A DNA stretch of 64,000 nucleotides from an uncultured Verrucomicrobiae bacterium (GCA_963806855.1 CAWDYW010000001.1:576001-640000); one strand, 5' to 3'; counted from the first letter of the stretch, positions 45,083 to 54,847 are shown. A program made the numbers and translations. The notes: generated from the letters alone by a model not told the origin.

Positions 45083-45792
45083 TGGACTTGAAAATTAAAG
45101 ATGTTGCAGAACTCCTCAATATCTCCGAGACCACCATCCGAAGATGGCTCCAGAGCGGCAAGATCCCCGCCTACAAGCTCAACAGCCAATACCGCTTTAG
45201 CCGCATCGAAATCGAAGATTGGATGATGAATCGGAAGCTCGGCCTTAGCCAAGAGGAAGGGGAGCTCCCCAATCCCACTGGCGAAGAGCAGATTTTCCCT
45301 CCCAAGCAGGAATCTGGCGCACAGCAATTCAGCCTCTATCGAGCCATCAACCGAGGCGGCATCCATCACAATGTGAAAGGGGTGACCAAAGAAGAGGTGA
45401 TCCGCAATACCATGGAGCTGATCGCCCCCACACTGCGCCTCGACCCCGCTGTCCTCTCCGAGCTGCTGATCGATAGAGAAAAACTGATGCCAACCGCTTT
45501 TAACAATGGAATCGCCGTGCCCCATACGCGCGAGTGTCTCAGCCGAGTCCCATTCGACCTGGTCGCCGTCGTCTTCCCCGAGAAGCCGATCGAATATGGC
45601 GCACTCGACGAAAAGCCGGTCGACACCCTCTTTTTCCTCTTCGCCACCGGAGACAAAATGCACCTCCATTTCCTGGCCAAAATCGCCCACTTCAGCAGCA
45701 ACGAAAAAGCGCTCGCGCTGCTCAAGTCCCGCCCAGAGAAAGGGAAACTGATGGAATTTATCCGCGAGTGGGAAGGAAAACTAAGAATTTAA
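45082..45792 (+). CDS. ptsN: PTS IIA protein with N-terminal HTH
   Basis: Excisionase-like HTH plus GIAVPH; typical chlamydial tandem. Confidence 0.88.
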   Translation: MDLKIKDVAELLNISETTIRRWLQSGKIPAYKLNSQYRFSRIEIEDWMMNRKLGLSQEEGELPNPTGEEQIFPPKQESGAQQFSLYRAINRGGIHHNVKGVTKEEVIRNTMELIAPTLRLDPAVLSELLIDREKLMPTAFNNGIAVPHTRECLSRVPFDLVAVVFPEKPIEYGALDEKPVDTLFFLFATGDKMHLHFLAKIAHFSSNEKALALLKSRPEKGKLMEFIREWEGKLRI

Positions 45793-45854
45793 TTTCTTCG
45801 CTATAATATTAAAAATAACTTGAAAAGTTAACTAATTACTTGAGTTGCAAGCGT

Positions 45855-45931
45855 GCAAATGTTATCAAATCGATAACATTTGCGCAAAAAAACTTAAGAT
45901 TTGCGCAAATGTCATCATTTTGATAACATTT
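45855..45931 (+). promoter_or_regulatory. Two palindromic operator-like sites upstream of the AbiE operon
   Basis: GCAAATGTTATC-N5-GATAACATTTGC (45855-45883) and AAATGTCATC-N5-GATAACATTT (45907-45931), centres 50 bp apart. Confidence 0.75.
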
Positions 45932-45936
45932 TAGGT

Positions 45937-47340
45937 ATGGAAAACGAAGAAAAGCTCTTGCTAATCGCTGAGAAGCAACAAGGATACTTTCTAAGCGGGC
46001 AAGCAGAGAATTGCGGTTTTTCCCGAACGAATTTTCATAGGAAAATAAGATCTGGGAAGTGGATGAAGGAAGAACTGCGAGGGATTTACCGAATCGCTAA
46101 TTTCCCCTCTACTTCTCGTCCAGAACTAGCACTTTGGATGCTTTGGAGTGCTGACAAGCAGGGAAATCCTCAAGGCATATGGTCTCATGAAACAGCTCTC
46201 GACATCCACGAACTTAGTGATGTCTCCCCTACTAAACTTCATATGACTGTTCCTAAAAGTTTTAAAAAACGAAATGGAATACCTAAGAACCTTTGCCTCC
46301 ATTTTGTTAATGAATTGCCAAAATCCGATGTAGAAATACGGCAAGGTTATCGAGTGACTACACCGCTTCGTTCTCTAGCTGATGTCATCCGAGAAAAGAC
46401 TATTCAACCTGAACAAATTGAATCTGCATTGCTAGATTTAGCGATTCAGAAATCCCTGATTAAAGGACTCGCAACTTTGCAGGAGATGGAAAAGCTTCCC
46501 CAAGTCACAGATTCGGAAGAGCTCCAGGCCGTAATTTGTCAAGCAATCGACAAAGTATGGATTCAACCAAATAACCAGCTCAAAGATTATAAGCAAATAG
46601 TAGAGCCCTATACAGTTGGTCTTTCTTTAGAAAATCAGGGGTTTGGGACAGCGGTGTTATGTCAATACAAATCAAAATGCTTCTTATTGACTGCGGCACA
46701 TGTCGCTCAAGCGCTTCGAAAGGCTAAATCTGTAACTCTACTATTGCGATTTGATATCATTCGACGTGAGTATAAACCTGAACCAGCTGAAAATTTTCGT
46801 GTAATTGAATGGGATTCCTCATTTGATAATGCAGCATTGAATGATGTTCTTGCAAACCGTCCAAAAGATTTAGCCATCGTCATCCCAGACCCTAGGATAG
46901 TAGAGAATTTGAAATTTTATAAAGAATTCTATAACATTCTTGATGAACCACCGAGCTTTTCATTAAAGGACGCTCTTATTTCTCTGGGAGGAATTGAGCC
47001 AATCTATTCTGAAAACCGCAAGACATGTGAATTGAATATGGGGCCATTTGGATTTATCGCTTCAGAGTATCGACAAATGGCCGATGAGGATTATATCGTA
47101 TGTCCAGTGCAGACTCACATTTATGAAATGAGAAATTTACGCAGGAAAACTATCGATTCCTTTCAGGGACTTAGCGGAACCGGTCTCTGGAAATTCACTA
47201 ATAACAAGCCTACGTTAATTGGTATTGCAATAGCTCAAGATGCACCTCCTTCCGATTCTACCCAATTTAGAAATATTTACTTTCATGGACCTCACTCTAT
47301 TCTTTCAATGGTTAGGGAAATTTATGACAATAAACATTAA
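45937..47340 (+). CDS. AbiEi-family antitoxin fused to trypsin-like serine protease domain
   Basis: N-terminal AEKQQGYF, RGIYR, SHETAL, VTTPLRSLAD; C-terminal LLTAAHV, KDLAIV, GLSGTG. Confidence 0.82.
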   Translation: MENEEKLLLIAEKQQGYFLSGQAENCGFSRTNFHRKIRSGKWMKEELRGIYRIANFPSTSRPELALWMLWSADKQGNPQGIWSHETALDIHELSDVSPTKLHMTVPKSFKKRNGIPKNLCLHFVNELPKSDVEIRQGYRVTTPLRSLADVIREKTIQPEQIESALLDLAIQKSLIKGLATLQEMEKLPQVTDSEELQAVICQAIDKVWIQPNNQLKDYKQIVEPYTVGLSLENQGFGTAVLCQYKSKCFLLTAAHVAQALRKAKSVTLLLRFDIIRREYKPEPAENFRVIEWDSSFDNAALNDVLANRPKDLAIVIPDPRIVENLKFYKEFYNILDEPPSFSLKDALISLGGIEPIYSENRKTCELNMGPFGFIASEYRQMADEDYIVCPVQTHIYEMRNLRRKTIDSFQGLSGTGLWKFTNNKPTLIGIAIAQDAPPSDSTQFRNIYFHGPHSILSMVREIYDNKH

Positions 47341-48217
47341 AACCTCCGCTGATTTCCGCAAAGAACTGGAAACAAATCTGCGAACTCATTCTAACAAAAC
47401 AGGGGAAGACATTAATCGCCTTCGGCGCAAAGTCTCATTTGATCGACTTTTAGCAAGAATTTTTACTCATGAGCCCTCGTTTTTCGTTTTAAAAGGCGGT
47501 TATGGAATGGAACTCCGGTTTGCTCATGCACGGGCAACCAAAGATATAGATTTGACCTGCTTTAAACGGGCGAATGACTCAAAGGAACCAATGAGTGAAA
47601 TAATCATGCAAGAATTGCAACTACTCGCTCGCTACAATTTAGACGATCATTTTACCTTTCAGATTGGACAACCCCAAATTGATATAGAAAATGCACCTTA
47701 TGGGGGCTCACGTCATCATGTCCTAGTCTTGATCAATGACAGACCATATGTAGAATTTCATCTTGATGTAGGAGCAGATTTTCTTATTGATCCAATAGAG
47801 AAAATTCCAGGATCGAATTGGCTTGAATTTTGTGGTATTTCTGCCCCTGTCATTCAAATGATCTCTGTGCAGCAACAGTTTGCTGAGAAACTCCATTCCT
47901 ACACTCTCCCAAGAGAACAAATCAACACTCGGGCAAAAGATCTCATTGATCTCATTTTACTTTTACAATCTGAAGGCCGCTCTTCTTCAACCTTCCAAAA
48001 TACTCTACAGAGAGTGTTTAGGGCACGAAATAAGCATCCTTTGCCAGAATTTTTACCTAGGCCGCCGATTAGTTGGCAGAAGCCGTTCGCTGAAATGGCT
48101 GCTGAATGTGGAATTTCACAGGATTTGAAAGAGGGATTTCAGACTGTTTCAGAATTTTATAATACATTGAGGCAGAAGGATAGAAAAAAAGGTCTCGAGT
48201 CCACTGTTGTACTATAA
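47324..48217 (+). CDS. AbiEii/AbiGii nucleotidyltransferase toxin
   Basis: VLKGG, RATKDIDL, FAEKLHS, RAKDLIDL; overlaps the upstream gene by 17 nt. Confidence 0.92.
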   Translation: MTINIKTSADFRKELETNLRTHSNKTGEDINRLRRKVSFDRLLARIFTHEPSFFVLKGGYGMELRFAHARATKDIDLTCFKRANDSKEPMSEIIMQELQLLARYNLDDHFTFQIGQPQIDIENAPYGGSRHHVLVLINDRPYVEFHLDVGADFLIDPIEKIPGSNWLEFCGISAPVIQMISVQQQFAEKLHSYTLPREQINTRAKDLIDLILLLQSEGRSSSTFQNTLQRVFRARNKHPLPEFLPRPPISWQKPFAEMAAECGISQDLKEGFQTVSEFYNTLRQKDRKKGLESTVVL

Positions 48218-48225
48218 AAATCTAC

Positions 48226-48271
48226 ATACCCCGACTCGCCCAAATTCACACTTTTGGGCGAGTCGGGGTAT
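48226..48271. repeat. Perfect 19-bp hairpin, member of a short repeat family; likely terminator
   Basis: ATACCCCGACTCGCCCAAA-TTCACACT-TTTGGGCGAGTCGGGGTAT. Confidence 0.8.
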
Positions 48272-48282
48272 ACGGTTTATTC

Positions 48283-48771
48283 CTAATAAACAAAAGATGG
48301 GGATCGTAAGGCAGGCAGTTGTTTAAGGTGCTTAAGAAACTGTTCTTTCCAGTAATAATGATCGAGTAGACCGGTTGGTTCCCGCCCCAAAATGACATAA
48401 GCCAAATAAAGCGCTTCACAGGAGGCCAGCCCCCGCTCTGGATCGAGGCAATCCTCCTGGCGTCTTGGATAGGCCGTCTTCGCGCTCTTTGGTAAACTCC
48501 TTGTCTCAAATGGGGGCTTCAGCACCTTAAACATCTTCTCTGCATAGCGCCAGGTGCCATCGATTAGAAAAATCCCACACTCGGCATCCTCTTTGCTAAG
48601 CTCAGGCGCATCGAGTGTGAGCACCACATAGTTGCTCAAGTCAGGTAGTTCATATTTAAGGGGATAGGAATAAAAAATGAGATCGCTTCTAGACTCAAGA
48701 CCTCTTAGGCTACACTTCTTTAAATTTTCCCGATTGTGTCTCAAAATAATTGTAGGCGGAAAGGTATTCAT
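48283..48771 (-). CDS. Tsr3/DTW-like (TDD superfamily) protein
   Basis: HNRENLKKCS, IDGTW, RSLP, GLASCEAL. Confidence 0.7.
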   Translation of the reverse strand: MNTFPPTIILRHNRENLKKCSLRGLESRSDLIFYSYPLKYELPDLSNYVVLTLDAPELSKEDAECGIFLIDGTWRYAEKMFKVLKPPFETRSLPKSAKTAYPRRQEDCLDPERGLASCEALYLAYVILGREPTGLLDHYYWKEQFLKHLKQLPALRSPSFVY

Positions 48772-48802
48772 TTTTTATACATAGAGTATTATAAGGTAGA
48801 TT

Positions 48803-49732
48803 ATGAGCTATTTCAAGACCGTTCTTTCCGTTATCATCTCTGCGCAATGTTTCGCCTCACTGCCCTATTACGAGCGCTGGCTAGACAACTTTGACCAAGC
48901 TCAGGAAGAAGCCCAAAAACAGCATCGCCCCATCCTGATTGCCTTTGAGTTAGAAGAGAAGAATATCAATACCGGCGCATTCCTTTCGGCCCTCGATGGC
49001 AAAGTCGTGTTTTTGAGAATCAATGTCCCCCAGGTTTACGAGGAAGATTCAGAGATCAATCGGTTGCGAGAGCAGTACCATATCGAGAGTTGCCCCACCT
49101 TCATTTTGGCTCAGCCGAATGGGCATGAAATCGGCAAGCTCGAAGCTCCGAATGCAGATGAGATCGTCGCCATGCTAAGCGATTACACCCTAATTTCGGA
49201 GACAAAATCACTCAGCACACTCAAAGTGGACCAGCTCAAATCGCTCTATGCGCATGCGGGAAAATTGGCCGACACCACCTTTAAACAAGCGCTGCTTGAA
49301 GAGGGACTAAAAGCTGATCAAGGCCCCTACTTCCTCCTCGAGCAATATGGCGATCTGCTAGCCAAGAATGGAGTAAAAAACAGAGATTCCAAAGTTCTGC
49401 GCAATCGGATCATCGCCCGTGATCTGCGCAATGAGAAAGGGTGCAGACGGCAGCTGGCATTGATGGATTTCGAATCGCTCGCTAAAGCAGGTCAGACCCT
49501 CCAGGCGAAAGCAGTAGTGAAACCGCTGATGGACTATCTGGCCAAATTTGGGTCCAAAGACCCCGAGAATGCATGGCAAATCGAATTGAAGATCTCTCAG
49601 TATCTCTTCAGTCGCGATCAAGTTAAAGAGGCGCTCAAGCACGCCACCGCGTCTCTTAAAATGGCCCCCGATTCCAAGAGGGGAGAAATTGCAAAGTCTG
49701 TTGACTATTTGCAGACTATTTCAATTCGGTGA
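48803..49732 (+). CDS. Secreted thioredoxin-fold-like protein with helical C-terminus
   Basis: Signal peptide; W..NFDQA.EEA....RPILI and YHIESCPTFIL; no CxxC. Confidence 0.6.
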   Translation: MSYFKTVLSVIISAQCFASLPYYERWLDNFDQAQEEAQKQHRPILIAFELEEKNINTGAFLSALDGKVVFLRINVPQVYEEDSEINRLREQYHIESCPTFILAQPNGHEIGKLEAPNADEIVAMLSDYTLISETKSLSTLKVDQLKSLYAHAGKLADTTFKQALLEEGLKADQGPYFLLEQYGDLLAKNGVKNRDSKVLRNRIIARDLRNEKGCRRQLALMDFESLAKAGQTLQAKAVVKPLMDYLAKFGSKDPENAWQIELKISQYLFSRDQVKEALKHATASLKMAPDSKRGEIAKSVDYLQTISIR

Positions 49733-49823
49733 CAAATAATTAATTTTGTTAAATTAATTGTTATTATTGAGAAAAAAACCTTTCCGATTTAAAGTAATCC
49801 GCAAAAAAAGGAGAGGTGAACCC

Positions 49824-50144
49824 ATGATGGCACCGAATATAGACCTGATTCCAGTTTCAAATAAATATTCAGAAGGGCAGTTGCCTTGGCAAGCAAAAGC
49901 TAAATTCAAAGATGGAGATATTGTTGTAAAAATAAAGGTTCTTGGACAGAAATTACTCTTTAATTCAGATGAGGTCTTTTTTACAGCCGATGGAGAAGAG
50001 TTAGTTTCTGTGAATGAATTTTGTCTGATGTATCAGTGCGATAAGGCACATGCATTAGCAGGTCATGTTAAAAGTGTTGGGTTGATGGTGAGAGATAAAA
50101 AATTAGCGCCCGTTCTTTCCTCAGTCAAAATCTTTGATTTTTAA
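49824..50144 (+). CDS. Hypothetical protein
   Basis: ORF with GAGG RBS before ATG 49824. Confidence 0.5.
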   Translation: MMAPNIDLIPVSNKYSEGQLPWQAKAKFKDGDIVVKIKVLGQKLLFNSDEVFFTADGEELVSVNEFCLMYQCDKAHALAGHVKSVGLMVRDKKLAPVLSSVKIFDF

Positions 50145-52069
50145 AACGGGGTCTTCCATGAGACGACCTTAAGCAGTTCCTTGGGGATCTCGAACAAGAA
50201 CCGCGATGGGCTGGAGTTCTCATCTTTCCCGTACCGTTTTCTTTGGCGCGACATGCTGAGAGTCAGATGTTTCTTTGCTCGGGTGATCGCCACATACATC
50301 AGCCGTCGCTCTTCCTCTAACCGATTTTCAGAAAGGCTTTTCTCGTGGGGGATGATATGATCTTCGAGCGCCACCAAAAAGGTCGCCTCAAATTCGAGTC
50401 CCTTGGCGCTATGGAAAGTCATCACATTGACCTTATCCTCCCGTTCTACCTTCTTCTCAAATCGAGTTTGGTCAAGTAAGGTTGTGCTCAGGAAATCTTG
50501 TAGAGAGGCTGCCTCGGTCTCCTTCTCATATAAATCGAGCGCTCCAATACAGCTCTGAACGTTTTCCCATTTGAAATCGCGCATTTTCTCGCTCTTAACA
50601 TCCTCTTCAATCGCGTCCTTGTAGTTGATCGTCTCGAGGAACTCCTCTAGAGCCTCTTTGAAAGCCCCATTTTGAAATGCACTCCTGGCTCCTTCAATCA
50701 ACTCCACAAACCTGCGCACTGATCCAATCGCCCGCTCCTGTAGCTGGGTATGCTCGGTCAGATTTTTCATCACTTCCCACAGCGGCACATTCTGCCTTCT
50801 GTTTTCCTCAGTCAAGATCGCCACTGTTTGGTCTGAAATCCCCCTTCTGGGGACATTGACGATTCGCAGTAGCGCCTCCTCATCTTTCGGATTGGCAATG
50901 AGCCGCAAATAGGCCATCAAATCTTTGATTTCGCTCCGCTCATAGAGCTCGGTTCCCCCGAAAATCTGGTAGGGGATCCCTCTTCGCCACTCCCCATTTT
51001 TCTGCCACATCCCTTGCAGTAGAGACATTTCGAATGGGCGGGAGATCGCATTGGAGCGGTAGAGGATGGCAAAATCACTCCACTTCAAATTGTGTAATTT
51101 TTTGAGGTGAAGCATCCGTTGGATCACCGCATTGGCTTCATCGCTTTCAGAGGGGGCGTGGAAGAGGATGATCGGCTCAGTGTCGGGCGCGCGGGAGTAG
51201 AGCTCTTTCTGATGTCTCTCTGTATTGTGGGCAATCAGCGCATTGGCCGCTTTGAGGATAATCGGCAGGGAACGGTAGTTTTGCTGCAACTTAATTACTC
51301 TTGTCGACTCAAAGCTGAGAATATTTTTGATCTCGGCCCCGCGCCATCCATAAATCGATTGGTCATCGTCGCCGACCACACACAAATTGTTATGTTTTGA
51401 TGAGAGAAGCCTCGCAATTTGATACTGGATCGGGTTGGTGTCTTGATACTCATCGATCATGATGTAGCGGAATCGTTCTTGATACTTCGCCAAGACCTCA
51501 GGGTGCTTCTCGAGCAGCTCGACAGTCAGACTGAGTAGGCTATCGAAGTCGACTGCGTTGAAGGCCCGCATGCTGTTGTGGAGCCGTTCAAAAAGGGTGC
51601 GAGACATCTTGTCGGCAGGAAGTTCGCCGCGACTTTTCGCATGCGAAATATTGACCAGAATCGGCTCAATCGAGGGGAGCTCACCCTCATGTTCAAGCTC
51701 ATTGCGGGCCACCTGCTTGAGTAAGCGACGGATATCGCCCTCGTCATACAAACTAAAATCGCGCGTATAGCCCAGGTGATGGATCTCATGCCGCAGCAGC
51801 CGCATGCAAAAACTGTGGAAGGTCGCCAGCACCACCTTTTTCGCGCTTGCAGGAGGGACCAATTTGGATAGCCGCTCGCGCATTTCAGCCGCTGCTTTAT
51901 TGGTGAAGGTGAGCCCCAAGATCGACTCAGGCGGAGCCCCCTTTTTTTCGATGAGATGGGCAATTCGATGGACGATTACCTTGGTCTTGCCGCTGCCTGC
52001 TCCTGCGAGAACTAGGACTCGCCCCTCGGTTGCTTCAACAGCTTGGCTTTGCTCTTGATTGAGCGACAT
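50141..52069 (-). CDS. UvrD/Rep/PcrA family helicase
   Basis: AGAGSGKT, IDEYQDTN, GDDDQSIYGWRGA, YVAITRA. Confidence 0.95.
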   Translation of the reverse strand: MSLNQEQSQAVEATEGRVLVLAGAGSGKTKVIVHRIAHLIEKKGAPPESILGLTFTNKAAAEMRERLSKLVPPASAKKVVLATFHSFCMRLLRHEIHHLGYTRDFSLYDEGDIRRLLKQVARNELEHEGELPSIEPILVNISHAKSRGELPADKMSRTLFERLHNSMRAFNAVDFDSLLSLTVELLEKHPEVLAKYQERFRYIMIDEYQDTNPIQYQIARLLSSKHNNLCVVGDDDQSIYGWRGAEIKNILSFESTRVIKLQQNYRSLPIILKAANALIAHNTERHQKELYSRAPDTEPIILFHAPSESDEANAVIQRMLHLKKLHNLKWSDFAILYRSNAISRPFEMSLLQGMWQKNGEWRRGIPYQIFGGTELYERSEIKDLMAYLRLIANPKDEEALLRIVNVPRRGISDQTVAILTEENRRQNVPLWEVMKNLTEHTQLQERAIGSVRRFVELIEGARSAFQNGAFKEALEEFLETINYKDAIEEDVKSEKMRDFKWENVQSCIGALDLYEKETEAASLQDFLSTTLLDQTRFEKKVEREDKVNVMTFHSAKGLEFEATFLVALEDHIIPHEKSLSENRLEEERRLMYVAITRAKKHLTLSMSRQRKRYGKDENSSPSRFLFEIPKELLKVVSWKTPF

Positions 52070-52469
52070 GTTGTAACTCCAAAAGATCTTGGGTGATTTG
52101 ATCTAGAGAATACTCTGACACCCCTTTTTTCGGCATCACAACCATCTCAATGGGTGCAAGGCAGGCCAGATTGAGACGAAAAGCTTCCCGCACCAGCCGC
52201 TTGAACCGATTTCGGAGGACCGAGCAGCCAAATTGGCGAACGACCGTAATGCCGAGTTTCGTTTTTGCCCCGTGACAATAGTCGATGGTGAGGATTTTAC
52301 CGAAATAGCGGTTACGCGCGCAGGCGATTTCTTTAAAGCGCTGCCTTTTGAGAATGCGGGAGGATTTGCGCAGTCTTAAACGACTGTCAGCTGCTTGCGG
52401 CCTCGGCGACGTCGTGCATTGAGCACTTTCCGGCCGCCGACCGTTGCCATTCTTTTGCGAAATCCGCAT
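52035..52469 (-). CDS. rnpA: RNase P protein component (start uncertain)
   Basis: LGITV and [15 protein letters not shown]; follows and overlaps rpmH. Confidence 0.9.
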   Translation of the reverse strand: MRISQKNGNGRRPESAQCTTSPRPQAADSRLRLRKSSRILKRQRFKEIACARNRYFGKILTIDYCHGAKTKLGITVVRQFGCSVLRNRFKRLVREAFRLNLACLAPIEMVVMPKKGVSEYSLDQITQDLLELQHVAQSRAKPSC

Positions 52470-52513
52470 GTCGTTTGACGTTTCTTCTTGCTTGGTTGAT
52501 AGGTTCTCTTCAT
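52376..52513 (-). CDS. rpmH: 50S ribosomal protein L34
   Basis: [45 protein letters not shown]. Confidence 0.95.
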   Translation of the reverse strand: MKRTYQPSKKKRQTTCGFRKRMATVGGRKVLNARRRRGRKQLTVV

Positions 52514-52645
52514 AGATTTCCCTCGTTTTCCTTCAAATCGTACAGGAAGGGAATCAAAAAAACAATCAAAATATTTTTTTTAACTTGAAAGGAAAGGGGA
52601 ACTCTGGCTATACTTACGGTTTTTAATGTTGATTGGAAAAACACA

Positions 52646-52783
52646 ATGAAAGTCAGAGCATCAGTAAAAGCAGATCCCAATAAAGGGGACAAAATTGTGC
52701 GTCGTAAAGGGCGCGTCTACGTGATTAACAAAATCGATCCGAACCGCAAGCAGAGGCAAAAAGGCCCTGCCCGCAAAAAATAG
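52646..52783 (+). CDS. rpmJ: 50S ribosomal protein L36 (Cys-free type)
   Basis: [45 protein letters not shown]. Confidence 0.95.
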   Translation: MKVRASVKADPNKGDKIVRRKGRVYVINKIDPNRKQRQKGPARKK

Positions 52784-52792
52784 TAGAGGACC

Positions 52793-53095
52793 ATGACAAG
52801 AGCAATAAGAGTAAAGCAAGAGCGTCGCCAGAAACTCGTCGATCGGAAGTGGAATGAGCGGCAAGAGCTTAAAAAAATAGTACGTAGTTTGACCGTTTCA
52901 GACGAGCAGCGTTTTGAAGCTCAGAACAAATTGAACAAAATGTCCCGCAATTCCTCTCCTGTCAGGCTCAGAAACCGATGCATCCTCACAGGAAGACCAC
53001 GAGGCTACCTCCGCAAGTTCAAAATGTCTCGTATTTGCTTCCGCGAACTGGCCAACAACGGGACCATCCCCGGCGTCTTCAAAGCCAGCTGGTAA
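52793..53095 (+). CDS. rpsN: 30S ribosomal protein S14 (long form)
   Basis: [39 protein letters not shown]. Confidence 0.96.
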   Translation: MTRAIRVKQERRQKLVDRKWNERQELKKIVRSLTVSDEQRFEAQNKLNKMSRNSSPVRLRNRCILTGRPRGYLRKFKMSRICFRELANNGTIPGVFKASW

Positions 53096-53216
53096 ATTTC
53101 AAAACATCATTTTACGATTTCTCAAGGCTCAGAAATGGGCCTTTTTTATTCCAGCATTCAATGCAAAGATAAAAAAAATACTTTTTCTTTGCGCCTCTGC
53201 GTTGAAACAAGTCTAG

Positions 53217-53597
53217 TTATTTTTTTGGGAAGAAATCTGCGAACGGCTGCCAATTCTCAAGGGTCTCGTTCCAGACGTAGCTTTTGTCTGAAACTTTACC
53301 CTCGCGGAGCGCTTTAACCAGGGCTTCGAAGCTCATCGGACCGTTTTGCTCGTTACTCGGGGCAAGGTAGTACCAGAGCTTTTCGCTGTGGGCGGGATCA
53401 AATTGGGGGGTGATATCGATCGTGGCAGGTCCATTGGCCTTCTTGGCTTTGGGGCCAAAGAAGAGGAAGAGGATGCCGAAAATACCAAAGAATACACCTA
53501 AGAAAAACCACAGGTAGGGGTTCTTGCCGCGCGTCTTGGCCATGTAGGCTGAAGTGGCTCCGAAAATGAGCCAGGTGATTGCATAAGGGAGTAACAT
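53217..53597 (-). CDS. Membrane protein with GYF_2/DUF4339 domain
   Basis: Two TM segments; WYYL...GPMS...YVWNE..ENW. Confidence 0.8.
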   Translation of the reverse strand: MLLPYAITWLIFGATSAYMAKTRGKNPYLWFFLGVFFGIFGILFLFFGPKAKKANGPATIDITPQFDPAHSEKLWYYLAPSNEQNGPMSFEALVKALREGKVSDKSYVWNETLENWQPFADFFPKK

Positions 53598-53654
53598 ACT
53601 GTCAGTTTGTCAGAAAATGCTGTTCAAATCAATGGAAATCGTGTAAAATGGCTG

Positions 53655-53819
53655 ATCGATATCAGGAATTTTTTTATGAGTATCTCCGAGAGAATCGCTG
53701 GCAATTTTTTAACTTCTTCGCTCATTAATAGGGCCTCTGACTATGAATTTCGCGAAGGAATTAAAAAATTGCAGAGCGCTTCCTCTAGATCTATACATAA
53801 AAAACTCCCTGATATCGAT
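53655..53819. mobile_element. 165-bp palindromic MITE/RPE-like element, copy 2
   Basis: 24-bp terminal inverted repeat with 2 mismatches; interior homologous to 40919-41082. Confidence 0.85.
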
Positions 53820-53840
53820 TAAGATATTTTTTGAGGTGTT

Positions 53841-54284
53841 ATGAAAGATAAGTTGACGCAAGTGGATACGAAGGAGCTCGAGCTTCCAGATACGCTGTTT
53901 GTACGGGATATTGAGAGCAAGGTTTTTCAAACAATCGCTTTACAGGCTCTTCTGAATATCGAAGGGGTGTCGATTCTTGAAGGGAATCTGATTGATACGT
54001 TTTTTGGCCGTGATGGGCCAGATCGAATCAAGGGGATCTACGTCGAGCAGGATCTCAAGAATCATTCTGTGATGATCAAACTTGAAATCAATGTCGCCTA
54101 TGGGGTTTCGCTGCCTGAGAAAGCAGAGGAAATTCAGAATACAATCGCCCGCGAAGTAAGCCGGCTCACTGGCCTGCATGTCAGCTGTGTCCATGTGGTC
54201 TTTAAAAATCTGATCCTGCCGAAAGAAGCGACGGTGACCGAAGAGGATCAGCAAGAATTAACCTATTTGGATGACTTTAAATGA
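53841..54284 (+). CDS. Asp23/Gls24 family protein
   Basis: INVAYGVSLPEKAEEIQ...LTGLHVSCVHV. Confidence 0.85.
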   Translation: MKDKLTQVDTKELELPDTLFVRDIESKVFQTIALQALLNIEGVSILEGNLIDTFFGRDGPDRIKGIYVEQDLKNHSVMIKLEINVAYGVSLPEKAEEIQNTIAREVSRLTGLHVSCVHVVFKNLILPKEATVTEEDQQELTYLDDFK

Positions 54285-54302
54285 GACCGGGCCGTCTGAT
54301 TT

Positions 54303-54767
54303 ATGGTGCAATTGCTGATCATCGCTGCCCTTTTCGGCGCAGGAGGCATACTCCTCGGGCTACATTATGCTCCCCATGTGCGTGAGCAAGTGGTCGACTG
54401 GATTCTTCAGCCCAGAATGAGTCTACTGATCTTCGGATGGCTTATACTGGGGACTGCCTTTTTGCTAACGGTATGTTTTGGGATGATGCAAAAGACCCAA
54501 TACTTGCGGTTAAGGATGCGTGGCAGGGAATTCTTCGTCGAAGAGACAGTGATTAAGCAGGCGATAGGCCAATTTTGGCGCCTCGAATTTCCGCAAATCA
54601 CTCCTCCGGAAGAGGTCTATTTCGCTCGTCAGAAAATTGAAGTGATTACTGAAAATGTCGAGTGTGATTTAGAAGAGCTTGAGCTGCGGCTAGGAACTTT
54701 CCTCTCCCAGAAATTCGGGTACGAGAAGGAGTTTTTTGTGACTCTAACTGCCAAGAACCTATCCTAA
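54303..54767 (+). CDS. Hypothetical membrane protein (start uncertain)
   Basis: Two hydrophobic segments; directly follows the Asp23 gene. Confidence 0.6.
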   Translation: MVQLLIIAALFGAGGILLGLHYAPHVREQVVDWILQPRMSLLIFGWLILGTAFLLTVCFGMMQKTQYLRLRMRGREFFVEETVIKQAIGQFWRLEFPQITPPEEVYFARQKIEVITENVECDLEELELRLGTFLSQKFGYEKEFFVTLTAKNLS

Positions 54768-54847
54768 TTTTTCTACGCTTTAGTATAATTGCGCTTTCGC
54801 CTAAGAGTCCTTAAGCAAAAGCGCGATTCGCATCTACTCGCTCGTAA

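Noticed and set aside
45788..45801. 13-nt match to the 165-bp element at the AbiE island border
   Set aside because: Too short and AT-rich to distinguish from chance.
53607..53930. Short ORFs 53607..53822 and 53709..53930 as genes
   Set aside because: They are explained by the palindromic element and by overlap with the Asp23 gene.
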